Shown: positions 12,344 to 27,572 of the stretch, one piece after another | Numbering within the stretch: the first letter of the stretch is position 1 | How the letters are laid out: each line of letters opens with the position of its first letter | DNA from: Chrysomallon squamiferum | Taxonomy: Eukaryota > Animalia > Mollusca | Assembly: GCA_012295275.1 (NCBI GenBank) | Contig: CM022665.1 | Location: forward strand, 5,828,001 to 5,892,000 | Reading direction: 5' to 3' | Length of the DNA stretch: 64,000 bases | Program-made: the position numbers and the translations under genes | The notes under the pieces: generated by a model | The model's database searches: none | What the model was told of the DNA's origin: nothing | What the model saw: the letters and a program-made list of their open reading frames with translations, nothing else

Positions 12344-14993
12344 CTGAAACAGAATAAACAGATTTATTAACGCCAGTATTATGTTATTTAAAATGCAGAA
12401 TTTCCTGCATAAAATGGAGTTATGTGCATTAAAAATAAGACAAGAGTATTAGCAATGTAGCTGATGGTTTGGGAGAACTTTTTTTTTTTAAATTTTAAAA
12501 TTCATCAGAAAGTGAATTTATTTACAAACATTATATAAATATTAAGAAAACTAACCCATGGTAAAAGCAGCAAAGAATTTTAGTCCTTTATTAATAAAAT
12601 ACCAAAGTGTTTATTATTATTACACTATTTAATAAGTAAAATAATTTGGCCTTGAGAAAGAAAGAATTCAGAAATCGTGATAATGAAAGTAGTACGACTC
12701 TTGTCTAAGTCTGAAAGAAAATTAAATAAGCTTTGGATAAAATAATTTTAGCATCTGTTTGTAGAAACGTTTATTCACAAAGAAACAAAATAAAAGAAAT
12801 AAAAACAAGGAGGCAACGAAAACAGAACATTTGAAAATACAGTTTTCAGTCTGTTATTTCTGTTATTTAATGTAGAACGAACGGTTTGAAGTATTTCATT
12901 ATACCACAGTAAGATGTCATTTCTAATTAAATCAGCTACATATTTCTGTTTTTTGTCATGGAATTTTAAATTAAACTATTTATTATTATTCGGTTTTAGT
13001 CCACAAAGGTTATTCTAGATTATATCTTTAGCAGAAGAAATGAAAAGAATGTTAAAGTTAACGTATTATTATATAAACGGACTACACATACATAAATAAC
13101 TGATCTATTGTCGAGGGGATTCGTCTTGGCAATGATAAAACGTAACGTCATCACTTTGTCTGTCTTGCAGGATGTGGTGTTAATTCCTTGCAGATTTCTT
13201 CAAAACAAGGTTAACACATCCAAGATTAAACACATTTTCCTCACAGTTGATTAATAGTGTGTCGGTCTTTACATTTATTAAATTTCAGTATTCACGTACT
13301 TCAGGTTTATTATGCAGACTTGTATTAGAATGATTTTTTAAGTATTTGTTATAAATATTGAAATTATATTTATGAAACATTAAAGTCTACCCCTGAAAAT
13401 TAAACTCTTCTGCTTACGTTGCTGAAATCCAGAAGCTTTCTGACTCAAACGAATATCTGGGATCCACAAGTCACAGGCCAGAAAGATTTTGTAAACGAAT
13501 TAGTGATTTCTTTTATGTACTGAACCCGCTCCACAACAGATGAATTACTGAAATATTGAAATTCAGTTTTATTTACTGGTGCTTGTATATTCAAAATACT
13601 TTCCAAAAATAACATTTTGATTCGTTGTTGTATTTCGATCATGTATATATATATATATATATATATATTTCACTAATTCATTTATCCATGTATCTTCGTT
13701 TCAAAAGCCTCACACAATCTAGCACTCGGTCTGGAAACATTTCAAAGTCAAGACTCATTTCCATCAAGCATAAAGTCTTAAAAAGTGATTGTTAATAATT
13801 TTTACCTTTAGCAAATCCTTTCTGTGAAAAACTAACAACGTTTTGAAAACTCCGGTAAGTATCATTGCAAATTGCACTGTATACCGATGACAAATAATTG
13901 TTTAATATCCTTGTTAACACAACCTATGTAAACCATTATTCAACAGTCCGACAGCGAATATCGACTAAAACAAATGATGATGAATTCAAAATCTCTTTTT
14001 TATTTTCATTGTTTGTGTGGAACGACATGGCATTTGTCAGAGACAAATCATTCATCGTTGTTGAAAACATCAATAAATCTTACGCTCAACATTCCTGCAA
14101 TAACCAAATCCAAAATTCCACTACCATTTGAATGGAATTCAACACGTTAATAAATTTAGTAAACATGTTTCCAACCGTTATTGATTGTTCCAGGTACCAA
14201 GTGGGATTCGGAACCTAATCTTTAACACACGCAGATTTTGATTTCTGCTCGTTACGAAGGATTTTTGTGTCAAAAACACGTGTCAGAATTTTTATTTGTA
14301 TTTTTATTTTTATTTTTTATTTTTACCTTTACGAACGTCTCTCTCCCATCTTATAAACCAAATGTTTTAACACATTATGTTGAGTCAGCCGTTTCGACGA
14401 CGTAAATATTTTCTTAATGGTAAACTACATCATAACAAATTATAGTCACAATTCATCTTAGTAAAGTAGACGATAATGTTAGTAAACCTGATAATACCCG
14501 CGTTCATGGCTGGATTTACCGAACATCTCATTTAGGTTAATTAACAACTTGACCACTTGACATTTATGTAGGCTGAAAACCAAACATTATATCGGTACAA
14601 AAAAAAAAAAAAAAAAAAATTTAGGTAATTTTTTTTATTTTATTTCTTTTCTTTTAAATATCTATATTTGATTGTCTTTGGGTATTTTATTTTATTTTAT
14701 TTATAATATACACTGTAATTTCTAACTTATTTATTTATTTATTTATACTGAAATTTATATATTTATTTTTTCATTCATTCATTCATTTATCTAGTCGAAC
14801 TGTCCGTGAGCCGGCTAATCAAAGTTCGATAGAAATGAAGTCGACTCTGGAATGTTATGTATTCTGTAATTTAAAAGTAAACAAATTAAATATGAAAGCC
14901 GGCACCAGCCTTCAACTTTCTTAGGAAACATTCAGCAGATGAAAGTGATATCTGCTCCATACCAAACAGAAAAGAACACACACACACACACAC

Positions 14994-14997
<4 letters not shown>

Positions 14998-15087
<90 letters not shown>
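14998..15087. repeat. (GA)n microsatellite
   Basis: Seen directly. Confidence 0.95.
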
Positions 15088-15089
<2 letters not shown>

Positions 15090-15253
15090 CATAAATAATA
15101 ATTTGAAAAATAATAATAAAAACCCAGAACCGCAGGGTAAAGATATTTAATTAAAATGTGCTCGTGTATTGTGTTTCTGTGTGTTACGTGTTTTCGTCTA
15201 ATTTGGTTTCACTTTATTGTTTGACGCTGTGAACACGCTTACAGTTTTCTTTA

Positions 15254-15297
<44 letters not shown>

Positions 15298-15961
15298 TTT
15301 TTTTTCTTTTTTAACTTTTAATATTTTATAATCAGATCCTGGACACGAAACTTTGACAGAATTCAACGATAGTTCATTATTCTCTTGCTACCCATAATGT
15401 GATCACTTTGTGATGATTTCGACATGCTTATGGTTAATATTAATCAGAACTGACAAGTCGATGTTATTGCCTGCCATGTTAAACATGCTACCAAACGTGA
15501 AGTCAGACGTGCATACTGGCGCGAACTGCGGGTCAGGCCGTTTGGCAGGCAGACGATAACTGACCAAATTGAAAAATATAATCAATATGTCTTTCATGAA
15601 TGGAGAAGTGAGGCGAGCGAGGCAGTGCATGCTTCTGTAGTTTTTTGTTTTATGAAAAGCAATTCAGTCGGAAAGTGCGAGAATGGCTCTTTCGCAGTGC
15701 CGCTTTCTGCTCGTATAAAACATGCCATTTTCAACTCTACACGGTCACAAGTGTTTACTCGAGATAACCCAGAGTAGGAAATCCTGTGAAAATGTCCCCT
15801 GGTGTAGAAACAGCCCGATAGCTGAAATAATGAAGTCACTCTGTGCCCGTCAGCGCTTTTCTCGAAACCACGTGAAAAATTCGCTTCCAAAGGAGGTAAC
15901 ATCTTTGATCGTATTCCCAATTTTTAATTTATCACATAAATAAACGAAACAAGCACACAAA

Positions 15962-16046
<85 letters not shown>

Positions 16047-16575
16047 TGATAATAAAATATGAATAAACAAAAAGAAAGAAAGAAAGAAAGAAAGAAAAAA
16101 TAAGAAGGAAAGAAAGAAAGAGAAATAAATATCATCATGACTGTTAAGTGTAAAATAAATTCTTGTCGTTATTTCATAAACAACAATAATCACGACTCTC
16201 GAAATAATTATTTATTTATTTATTTATTTATTCATATATGTGTTTGTTTGTTTGTTTGTTTGTGATACATATCTTAAAATACGACGCATGAATAGACTAA
16301 GATAAATTATTTCGTGTAATATAATCTTAACTCTGCTGACCAGATTCGGACCAGACAGACGTGTGGTCTCTAGGACTTCTCTTAGCAAGTCTAAGATGCT
16401 TCGTGCCTGGCATAACAAAACTGACCTGACTAGAATCAGTCGCCTTAGCGTTGTAGAACCGTTCTGTCGCAATGCACACGTATCTCCACGATAAAGGAAA
16501 GATGAAAGAAATTATTCATTTTCAGCTGAAGCTTATAAAGCTTTAAAAAAAATCAGTATTACAGGACGTGTGTTT

Positions 16576-16948
16576 ATGTATGTATGTATGTATGTATGTA
16601 TGTTTGTTTGTATGTATGTATGTTTGTTTGTATGTATGTATGTTTGTATGTATGTATGTTTGTTTGTATGTATGTATGTTTGTATGTTTGTATGTATGTA
16701 TGTATGTATGTATGTATGTATGTATGTATGTATGTATGTATGTTTGTTTGTATGTATGTATGTTTGTATATGTATGTTTGTATGTATGTATGTTTTGTTT
16801 GTATGTATAATATTTATGTATGTCTGTGTGTAATATGTGTATGTGTATAATATTTATGTATGTGTGAACAGTGTATGTATATGTGTGTGTGTGTGTGTAC
16901 TGTTATATATATACGCAAGCACTCACACATCAGAAAGAGAGACAACGA

Positions 16949-17024
<76 letters not shown>

Positions 17025-17033
17025 AGAGAGAGA
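16576..17033. repeat. (TATG/TTTG)n, (TG)n and (GA)n microsatellite cluster
   Basis: Seen directly. Confidence 0.9.
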
Positions 17034-18829
17034 TATTCTTGTTTTTGTCTAAGGTTTCATTTTATTTCGTAATGTAGACACTTTGTTTTGTACCGCAATA
17101 CTCTGAATTTATTTTTGTGAACAAAATTTCTCACATTTATAGAAGTTATTGTTATACACAGACAGAGTGAAGTCAAAATAACCGAGTTATCCATTTTACT
17201 TTTCTACACTTACAACTCCAGCTATTTTTATTTTGTTATTTTTATTAAACATTCATTTATTTTTTTTTTTTTTTTTTTTTTTCGTTTACACTCCCATTTT
17301 CAAAGGTAATTTTCCAAATCCTATACACGAAAAGAAATTTTAATAATATTTTCTTTTACTTGCTTTTGTCAGACAGACAGTTCTAAAAATATCCATGTTT
17401 AATACTCAGTCTGAAGAATTACGACAGGAATAGAAACAAACTGTTGCTAAAAAGAATCTGTTGTTAAATAATAATCACCGTTATATCATGAATTAACATA
17501 ATAAAACGAAATCTGTGAAACTTGGGATACGTCATAGAACTTGCACAAATTGATTTTCTAAATAAACAGAAAAAAAAATCGAGACTGTTTGACAACAAAT
17601 TCAACAAACCAAGCTAGGGCGGTTCCATGATTTCCAAAAGTGGGGGTCGCTTTGATAAAAATTCTAAAATGAAATGATTTTGATATTGATGATCACCATC
17701 ATCATCGTCGTCGTCATCATCATCATCATAATAATAATAATAAATATTATAGTAATACATTTTTTTTTTTTAAATTAAAAGACTTTTGGCTGTCGGTCGT
17801 AACTCCCACCATTTATCAATGTACAGTTTTTTATTTTTCCATACAGCCATAAATAATTCAGTATCGCTTGCGGCAGAAGTATGAAGGTAAGCAGCTCTTA
17901 CTGGAGTTCTAACTGTATGAGGGATTTTTTTAAATTATTATTATTATTAATAAATAAATTAATAAATGAACAATAAAGGACAATTTCATAACAAAAATCG
18001 TTGAAATAACAAAAACTAAGCAATATTAAATAGCATCATTATATCATTTTAACACAAATTAAAATAGATTATATATTAAAAAATAAATAATAATAATAAT
18101 AAAAATTAATGTGAAGATTGCAATATTAAAAGAATTAAAAAAAAAAAAAAAAAAAAAAACACAGGAAAATATCAACATCGCCAGTGTCATAATTCTTTTT
18201 ATTTTCATTACGAATTTGTTAGATGTGAGAAATGAATATTTACAAAAAAAGGTTTTTGCCAAGTTGTATCGTGTTTAATATATACTGTTTTTATAGCGTG
18301 TAAAATACCCCTCCGTTTTGTTCTGTACGTTCCAAGTAGTTGGCTTGTACACTGAAATGTTTGTATGTCATCTAACACTTCTCACTTAAACACGCATTTG
18401 CTGAAAGGTTAGATTAAAAAGGTTAGATGAACGAATCTACAAGAAACTGCTGACGAAGATATTATTCTTCTTTTTCTGTCTACAGGAATATTACAAAAAG
18501 TCAAGACATGGCAATAAAATAAAATCTCCTCAACTGTTATTGACAAAAACGTTTTTTATTATTATTATTATTATTTGTTTTATTTTATTTTTTTATTTTT
18601 TTATTTTTTTATTTTTTATTTTTTTTATTTTTTTGTGGTGTAAGTGTTTTAGAACAGTGGACTTTGCATTTTTTAATATTTTTTTTTTGTTTTTGTTTTG
18701 TTTTTTTAAAGAAAAGAAAGAAGAAACAAGAAGGAAAAAACCGATTAATAACTCCAACATTTTAAAAATTCATGCAGTAGTAGTAGTTTTAGTACCATGA
18801 GTCAGAAAATCGACAGAAGCAGCTGCTAC

Positions 18830-19148
18830 AGTGGTGGTAGTAGCAGTAGTGTTAGTAGTAATGATAACGACAGTAGCTGTTGTTGTTGTATCAGTAGTAG
18901 TAACAGTACTAAAAGTAGTAGTTGTTGTAATAGTAGTATATAGTAGTTATGACTGTAACAGGCATGTAACAGTAGTAGTAGTATAGTAGTAGTAGTATAG
19001 TAGTAATAATAGTAGTAATGATAATGGTGGTAGCAATAGCAGATTAAAAACAATGATGTAGTAGAAGTAGTAGTAACAATAATAATAGCAGTAGAGTAGC
19101 AGCAGTAGTAGTAGTACTAGTAGTAGTACTAGTAGTAGTACTAGTAGC

Positions 19149-19197
<49 letters not shown>

Positions 19198-19335
19198 CCA
19201 ACACTAGTAGCAGTAGAGATAGTGGTAGTAGTATTATTTGTAATAGTACTAATGATAGTAATAGAGACGGTAATAATAATAATTTTGATAGTAATATTAG
19301 TAAAAGTCATCGTAGTAATAATGGTAGTAGTAGAT
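18830..19335. repeat. Degenerate (AGT)n tract
   Basis: Seen directly; similar tracts at about 1920-2130 and 29690-30160. Confidence 0.9.
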
Positions 19336-20324
19336 GGAGAATATTGCTTCTGTACAGTTAAATTTATTTTTGGCTGTGTGAGTATACATACTGTTAAATC
19401 AAATCTCAAAGTCTACTCTAGCAGTACTTTTTTCTTTTACCTTTTATAGTCAACATATATATTTTTTTTTTTAAATATCTTTTCAGCATATTCAAGAGTT
19501 ACTGTAAGAAACCCCTCTCCAAACAAACAAAAAATAAAAAAAAATAAAAAAAAAATAAAAAACATAACCCCAGTACCTACAGAATATGCAGAATATAATG
19601 TGACTAGTACACAGTCATATATTATTTTACTCCTTTCAGAATTCTTTTGTACAAATTCTTCCAAGGATGTTATACTGAAATACATTTGTGATACGACAGA
19701 CAAGAACATATGTAATTAAAATAATTATTTTAAAGTAAAATATTCCAAATTCTACTGTAAAACCACAGAAAGAATCTAAAACAGACCGCATTCTATCTCA
19801 TACAGCTTACGTTACATTAACCCATCGAAAACAATTCTCTTGTTTTTCTATTCTGTTTTCAGATGATATGAAGTTTTAGCTGTAACAAAAATGGTTAATA
19901 CTATATAACTTTGTAAGGAATAAAAACAGATAATAATCTAAATTTCTGTATCTTCACAGGACACACATCAAACTTCACATTTAATTTTTTCCTGTTCTCT
20001 CAAATATTATATCTATTCTAATAATACTGAAAATGCACGGAGCACATACTACACTGTGCCGCAGTATTTCCGTTCTTCCATAAACTGAAAAATCTATAAG
20101 AAAAACGTAAATTAATCAACACGGTGCTATTTGTTATCTGACCCCGCTGTAAAACAGTGACCTAACAACGAAAGAAAGTTACTCAAATCCATTATTACCC
20201 ATTGCCTTTATTAGTGGGAGGAATAGATCAAGTGAAAATAGAGACCGGGGTAATCAAGAAAGAGAATGCAAAACTTCATGACAAAGGAAATATAAACAGG
20301 AGAAGAAGACGATGACTAAGAAAG

Positions 20325-20410
<86 letters not shown>

Positions 20411-22023
20411 GAGGATAATCATGGTAATTAAAATAGTGACGAAAATAAAGATAGAGAATAATATGAAGATTGAAAAGATAAGAAAATATTCTGATGACGA
20501 TATTAGATTATGACAGTGCTGAGGAAACTATGATGGTAATAGTAAAATGTACATATATTACTATTACTACTACTAGTTCTACTTTAACAACGACTATTAC
20601 TATTACTACTACCAATACTACTAGTAATACGACGACTGCTACTACTACTTCTACTGAATGCCATCAAAGATAAAAGGATTCATACAGGAAATCGATAGTA
20701 TACTACTGAATAGACAGCCAGGTAGATGCAATACACATACATACATCTGTACAGACACACAGTAATAGAAACAACTTGCATGACATCTTGATCCTTCTTT
20801 CTTTTCTTTTTTTTTTCTTTCTTTTTTTGTCTGTTATAAGTGTAACTGGAAATTTCATCCTATCGAACTAATTATATCAAACTAAATATAAAAACCTATA
20901 AAAATAAAAATAAAAAAGAAGGAAGGATTTAAAAGAAAGTCACAGTATTAAACCCGTTATTAACGTTATAAAAAGAAATTTCACGACCATCATCATCATC
21001 AGGATCGCCATAAAATTCATTAACATCTTTCTTATCATCTGGGTCATTAGCAACAATCCCAGTTTACTTGGTTTTTTTTTTTTTTTTTTTTTTTTTCTTT
21101 GATGTTTCGAAACCAGATTTATTTGAATCCAATAAATCATTAATCTACAAAAAAAAAAAAAAAAAACATAACCTGTGAGTTTTTAAAAGCCATCGTCATT
21201 AAGAAACACAATCACTGTGTTTAAAATGAAAATAAATTTTTTATTTCTGTCGATATACCCAGATTCGATTTTATCGATGACGAAAGTTCCCGGGAATTAT
21301 TTTGACGTTCAAGCAAACCCGATCCGTGTAATTCCTACAAACTTGTTTTCGCTACATTCGTTGACTAATCGGCCCCATTAACTTGGAGAACCAAGCCGGT
21401 TTTCACGCAGCTTTTCAGTTCGATTATTTTTTTTCTTCTTTCACACCAGAAATGAGAAACCATCGAACAGGAATAATGTCGATTAAAAACCTTATGCTGA
21501 TGTCGGACATTGCTTGTGACCATCCGAGGCCAGAGTTTGCTTTGTACGGAGTCGCCTTTCAAATTCAAAGACTTCATCTTCCATTAAGAAAACATTACCT
21601 AAAGGACGAAAAGGTCCTGTGTGCATAGAGAAAATACGTAATTCATGTCGAGGAAATTGGTTATTTCTTTTACTGTGGCAAGGCGGCAGCTTTTTCCCAT
21701 TTTTCTTCTTTTTTCCCCCCTTTCTTCCTTTTCTTGTTGAATTTATATTGGAAGCAACGATTTCTAATAATTTGAATACCTCAGTAAAGTTTAAATGTAC
21801 TTTTGTTAACTTAAGAAATTTTAACAGTAGAGCGGGTCTCTGAATTAGCACTTGTTCACAAATCAAAACCAGCTTGAAAAAACAAAATAAACAACTAGCA
21901 ATTTATTTACAAAGTAAGCATATAACAAAGAGTTTTTTTTGTTTTTTTTTTTTGTCTAAGCAATCTCTGAACAAAATGAGCACTCCATTGACTACTTTTC
22001 AATACCTGAATCGCTTACATAGA

Positions 22024-22450
22024 AAATGTAGAATAAAAATAACATTCTGTTTCTTATTGTAATTTACGTATGATTGAAATGTAGACCTAAAATAGCATTC
22101 TGTTTCTTATTGTAATTTACGTATGATTAAAATGTAGACTAAAAATAACATTCTGTTTCTTATTGTACATATGATTAAAATGTAGACTAAAAATAACATT
22201 CTGTTTCTTATTGTAATTTACGTATGATTGAAATGTAGACTAAAAATAGCATTCTGTTTCTTATTGTAATTTAGGTATGATTAAAATGTAGACTAAAAAT
22301 AACATTCTGTTTCTTATTGTAATTTACGTATGATTAAAATGTAGACTAAAAATAACATTCTGTTTCTTATTGTAATTTACGTATGATTGAAATGTAGACT
22401 AAAAATAGCATTCTGTTTCTTATTGTAATTTAGGTATGATTAAAATGTAC
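22024..22450. repeat. 53-bp minisatellite, 8 copies
   Basis: CATTCTG anchors at 22043, 22096, 22149, 22197, 22250, 22303, 22356 and 22409; one copy has a 5-bp deletion. Confidence 0.95.
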
Positions 22451-22503
22451 ATTAATGTTAAACAAGAATTCAGAATGATCAATTGGTTGTGAATAATGTA
22501 GAT

Positions 22504-22838
22504 CAGCGTTTTCCAGCCTGTGGTCCGCAGATCTTTGGGCGTCACACAAAAGTCGTAGAGGGTGTTTCTGGGCTAAGTTCAAAATATCGAGAGGCTGCAG
22601 TGTAAAAAACTAACTCCTCAGAATAAGGCTGATAAAATTGAACTTTCAAAATTTCATTATATCTTTATTTTCAGTTACAAATATCTTTCAGTTTGGAGTT
22701 GAAACTAGAAATACGACTTTGTTGTTAGTTAATAAAATCGGCTTGTTGAATAGACAGACGTTTACAAAGTATGGGGGGGGGGGGTGGAAATTAATTTAAA
22801 TAAACGGGTTCTGGTAGTAAAAAGGCTATGAACAACTG
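22504..22838. mobile_element. Old hAT (Charlie/MER5-like) MITE, 335 bp
   Basis: Ends CAGCGTTTTCCAGCCTGTGGTCCGC... and ...AAAAGGCTATGAACAACTG. The 8-bp flanks atgtagat and ctgtaggt match at 6/8 and resemble the NTCTAGAN-type target. Confidence 0.6.
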
Positions 22839-23901
22839 CTGTAGGTTCAGTATTTCTTTGAGAGTGATATACAAACTTTAGTTTATATTTGACACATCCT
22901 ACATCAGTTATCAAATCAAAGATTTTCAATACAAATATTTGTGAACTGGTCAGAACAATAAAAATAAAACTGGTTCGTATGTGTGTATCAATTTGTTTAT
23001 CAATCCATCCGTCTGTCCTCCCCCCATCTCTGTGACTATCTGTTCATCTGATCTTCTGTCCAAAAAAACCCAAAATGAAATAAATTTTATAATTTTATTT
23101 TCTACAATGCTCCTGCTTATTAAATAACAGCGCTATCAGATAAACGTAATGAACTCACACTTGACGAAAATCTTCACTGAGTCAAAAGACAGCTTATTAA
23201 TGAATCTGTAGTTATGCGAAAAGAATCCACACAAAACTTGTTTTACGATTTTTAAACATAATTACTGTTTCAAATAAGCCTAGATAACCAAAACTGTCCT
23301 TGCTGAAAACAAAAAATAAAAAAAGGATTCGAGTTTGTTAATCAACTGGAGAGCATTGATGTCGTTAAGTAAAGTCTATCATCCCCTCCCTCCCTCAAAA
23401 AAAAAAAAAAGTAAACAAATTTAAACACGCTTCTTTTCAATTTATTTTTGTCATTAATGAAAAATAATGTCCATTATTTGTCAGTGTAAGAGATCCACCG
23501 ACAAATAACTTCATGACCTTCACTACCATGTAAGAATTAATGAAGAGATTTTTTTTCTCCCCCATATTCAGAAAATAAATTAAACAATCGATTTTTCAAA
23601 CAGCCCTGCTGCCTTTGTCTTTGCTCTGAAAACAGGTGCACGCCGAACTAGGGAAGTTCATTTTAGAAGAAGAAGGCTCAAAATAAAGCTGTTACATAAT
23701 AAACGTTCGGTAAAGATAACTGCGTGTGTGAAGTCTGTATGTGTGTCTCGTTCTCGGTTTCAGTATATGTGTATGTGTGTGTGTCTGTATGTAAGTATGT
23801 ATTTGAGTGTTTGTATGAATGTATGTGTATATATATGTATGTCTGTATGTAAGTATATAAGTATGTTTGTATGCCTGTATGTCTGTGTGTCTGTGTGTCT
23901 G

Positions 23902-23941
<40 letters not shown>

Positions 23942-26900
23942 ATGTGTGTTTGTGTGTGTGCGCGTAGTTTGTCAGCGAACAACTGAATTTGTTTCTTCCC
24001 ATTTTTAAACACTGACTATGTGAAGAATTAAATAACCCGTATATAAAACAAAATATTTATTCATAAATACATACAAATAACTGGCCTTTTTGACATTAGG
24101 CCTAATGCGCGCGCACTCCTCACACGCATACACGCATTTCAGTTTAGAGCAATATTAATCTACTTCGTCTTTTCAAGATCCAAATCACACTTCCTGTTAA
24201 CTTTTCCGCTAGTTTTAACATCGTAAAGAAAGAGGAAAAACTGACCGATTCCAAACATGCACCATTGCTCTGCAAACAGATGCTTCGTAGATTGCTGATC
24301 GGTGGTAATTAGGGGTATTCAGAAAGGCGAAGCAAGAACGTGCTATCTGAGACCAGCTCGTTTTATCTGACATCAGAGAGGTAATTTGGTTTTAGGATTT
24401 CATTCAATAACTCCGAGTCCCATACAAGACGGGATCAGAAGAGGACATCAAGGGCTGTCTTGGAGAAGAAAAAAAAGGCAAATGGTTTGGGATAAACGGT
24501 TCCCCTTCGAGCAAATTGCAGCATACAATGACCAGAAAACGTTCTCAGAATTAATATTTGCTTGAAAACGAATAGCATTCAGATTAATTACAACTCGTTT
24601 CAGAAGTAAAGTAGTACGGATATCAAGACCGCCAGGGCACAGAACCATAAGTGATTTAGACATACTCTAGACATTCATTTTCGTTTTTATATTTTTATAA
24701 CAAATCTCAGAAGGAAAGGCAGCAAAGAAGAAGCGCTTTATTTATCGATGCATTCATCACATTTTTTGTTCTATGATTATACAGTATTACACAGATGACG
24801 AACAAGGAAATGTGCAGCCGCTGAACAATGATACACTTCTGAAGGTTGAAAAATTTACAGGAACTGAATGTGATTTGAAATACTGCCGACATATTTATAT
24901 TCCTGCAATACATTTGCAGGTTGTTAAGTTGAAAAATAAAAGAGAATTAAAACTTAAATATTCAGATACGCTTACAGTTGTTTACTTTGGTTTAAAGTGA
25001 AGGGTGTCGAGTCACTGCGACATCAAACAACTCGTTTTATCTCTGTACACGAACGTGAAGCAGTGACAGCTTTCACTGAAATGAAAATCGTGTTTGAACT
25101 GAAATATATCCTAACATTCAAGTGTAGAAACACAAATTGTGCAAACCAGTGCAAGAAAAATTAAATATTTGATTTTGATTGCAGAGTACATATTCGTGTT
25201 TATTTTTCAATTATCCTAGCACTTCTTGAAAAAAAAAAAAATACGCACACAGGGAAAAAAATAAAATGTCCAGTTCAAACAAATAGCTGAATTAAGGAAT
25301 TTAGTTTAAATTTACGGAATCCAAAAGAAGATACGTCAAATGAAATAATGTTATTTCAAGAAATTTACATAAAATAATGAACTGACATTTTTTGTGTAAC
25401 CTTTCGATTCAGCTTGCTTTTTTTTTTTCTTTTTTTTTTCTTTTTGTTTTAAATAAAAAAATAAAAAATAAAAATGTTTTAAGATTCTTAATACCAGCTA
25501 CAGTTAGTAAAATTTTAGAATGTTTCCGGAATGCACTATCATTATAATTACAACATATTTCTTTTTTTAAATTTTGGTCGCATTGTTTAGCAACTAAAAG
25601 TAACATGACATTATATTCAATAAATTTCATTTCATTTCTGAAATGTACTGTTATTTTAAAACTGACGTAGATTCAGAGTGAATGTAAATCAATTCCTTTT
25701 CAAAAACTACAGTGTTCAACTAATCTGAAATGTAAGACTGTGCATGCGATTTAAAATCTTGTCACGGTTTTGTCTAATTGTAGACAAAATAGCGAACATT
25801 TCAGATGGACTCAGTCTTCAGATTCAATAAGGGTTTTGTAATTTGCATCAGACTCTGACTGAGATTTCAAGACTTTACTCAGTGAATTAAGAAACACGCC
25901 AAGTTCTGACGGGTCACTTTAACATTCTTGTTCTGTAAAAAGCAATCGACGTACGGTTTCTGTTCGACAGTGTGTCATGCTACTTGTCTCGATCATGTCT
26001 GTACTGATCACTGAAGACGTTGTATTTAATGTTGTAGCCACGACGTCGCTGATTTGTGTTGGACAATCTCTTACCGAATGGAGGTTTGTGGTTACAACGA
26101 ACTGATAACTCAATTAGTTGGACCGCAGATAATGATGGAGGAATCTACAGCGGAAGGTCTTCTGTATAATGCGCGTTCAGGAACGTTTGTAAATCAATAG
26201 ATAATCAAAGAATGTCGAGCGTACAATTAGATCTGCTGATAGCGGGACGTTAGATAATGAATTAAAACCGGTCTTCCTGATCTGAAGTCGCGGCCGAGTT
26301 TTCACTAAACATATGCTCTAATCACTGGTCGACACAGAAACCGGACACTTTGCAGAATCCGTGGATTTGCTCTTCAACCTAAGAATAGATGCAATTTGCA
26401 AGAACTACGTGCTCTGTGAATGACTTGTAAAAAAATACTGGGATTCCGAAAGTGAATTAGATGACTTCACCACCCATGCGTATGTTTGCAAATATGATGA
26501 TGGCAGTGTGACCCAAACCCTACTCCATTAAAGATGAATTCATTCATTAATATGCATTTCATTATTATCCGGAAAGCCAGAAGTGTTGTAAAATGTTTAC
26601 TTCAGTTAATAAAACACCATATAGGTTGAATGTCTAGGCTGAGTAAACCATTGCAAAGTAGACGGTATCTTGTAGGAATACAAAGGATTTTATACTTACT
26701 ACGAAATTACATCACAAAAATACGATAAAATACAGTCTTCACGAATTTCAATGAACTTCATACTTTATTATCTATCATAAAGTGAACTTGGTATTTTAGT
26801 ATCATACTTTATCGTTAACATAGACTGGTTGCAATGTAAAGCAACAACAGCAACAAAATCGGATGAATACGTTACAACTACTGTCGGACCAAATAAACTT

Positions 26901-27454
26901 TATGAGAAAGAAAAGTAACAAGTGATTATAAATGATAGACATATGGTGAATTCCAACATACGGACTAGATAAGATATTTTCGAATTCGTGGTTTAATTCA
27001 GCAAGGAATGTTCCACGGAGGAATGAGACATGAATCGTTTAAACTGAAAACACGAATACGAGCTGTAGATCTTGAACCGTGTTTCTTTTTAAACATGCGA
27101 GATAATTAAAATCTTTTATAGAGAGAAAAAGAATATACAAAGGAAGATCAAACTAAAATAATACAAAAACTTTAGATAATGACAGCATTTGTCAGATATG
27201 TATTCTTTAGAACAATACGTCAATATCAATTTGTAATAAAGAAAGAATTACTTTTGAAATTACAGATATTTATCTTGCCCAAGCATTTCTTTCGGCTGAT
27301 CTTTGCTAACGTAAATATACTTTTGACATGGAGAACAATGTCTCTTCCTTATAGTCCCATATAATTTAAATCGAAACAATTACTAATTAATTTGAGAAAT
27401 TATCATCATAATTACAATTCTTTATAAACTTTATAATGTTCATTATGAACCATT

Positions 27455-27510
27455 CGTACCAGTAGTTCACAAATGGTTAATAAAAGCCCTTGTATGTGCT
27501 TTCCTGTCAA
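27455..27510 (+). mobile_element. Possible Nin-domain SINE fragment
   Basis: ccagtagttcacaaatggttaataaaagcccttgtatgtgctttcctgtc resembles the Nin-SINE core as recalled from memory; a shorter similar piece is at about 42545-42565. Not verified by alignment. Confidence 0.35.
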
Positions 27511-27572
27511 TAAATTATATACATACATATTTAGAAAAGATTTACAAGGTACTTTTTAAGCAGCCAGTTAAG

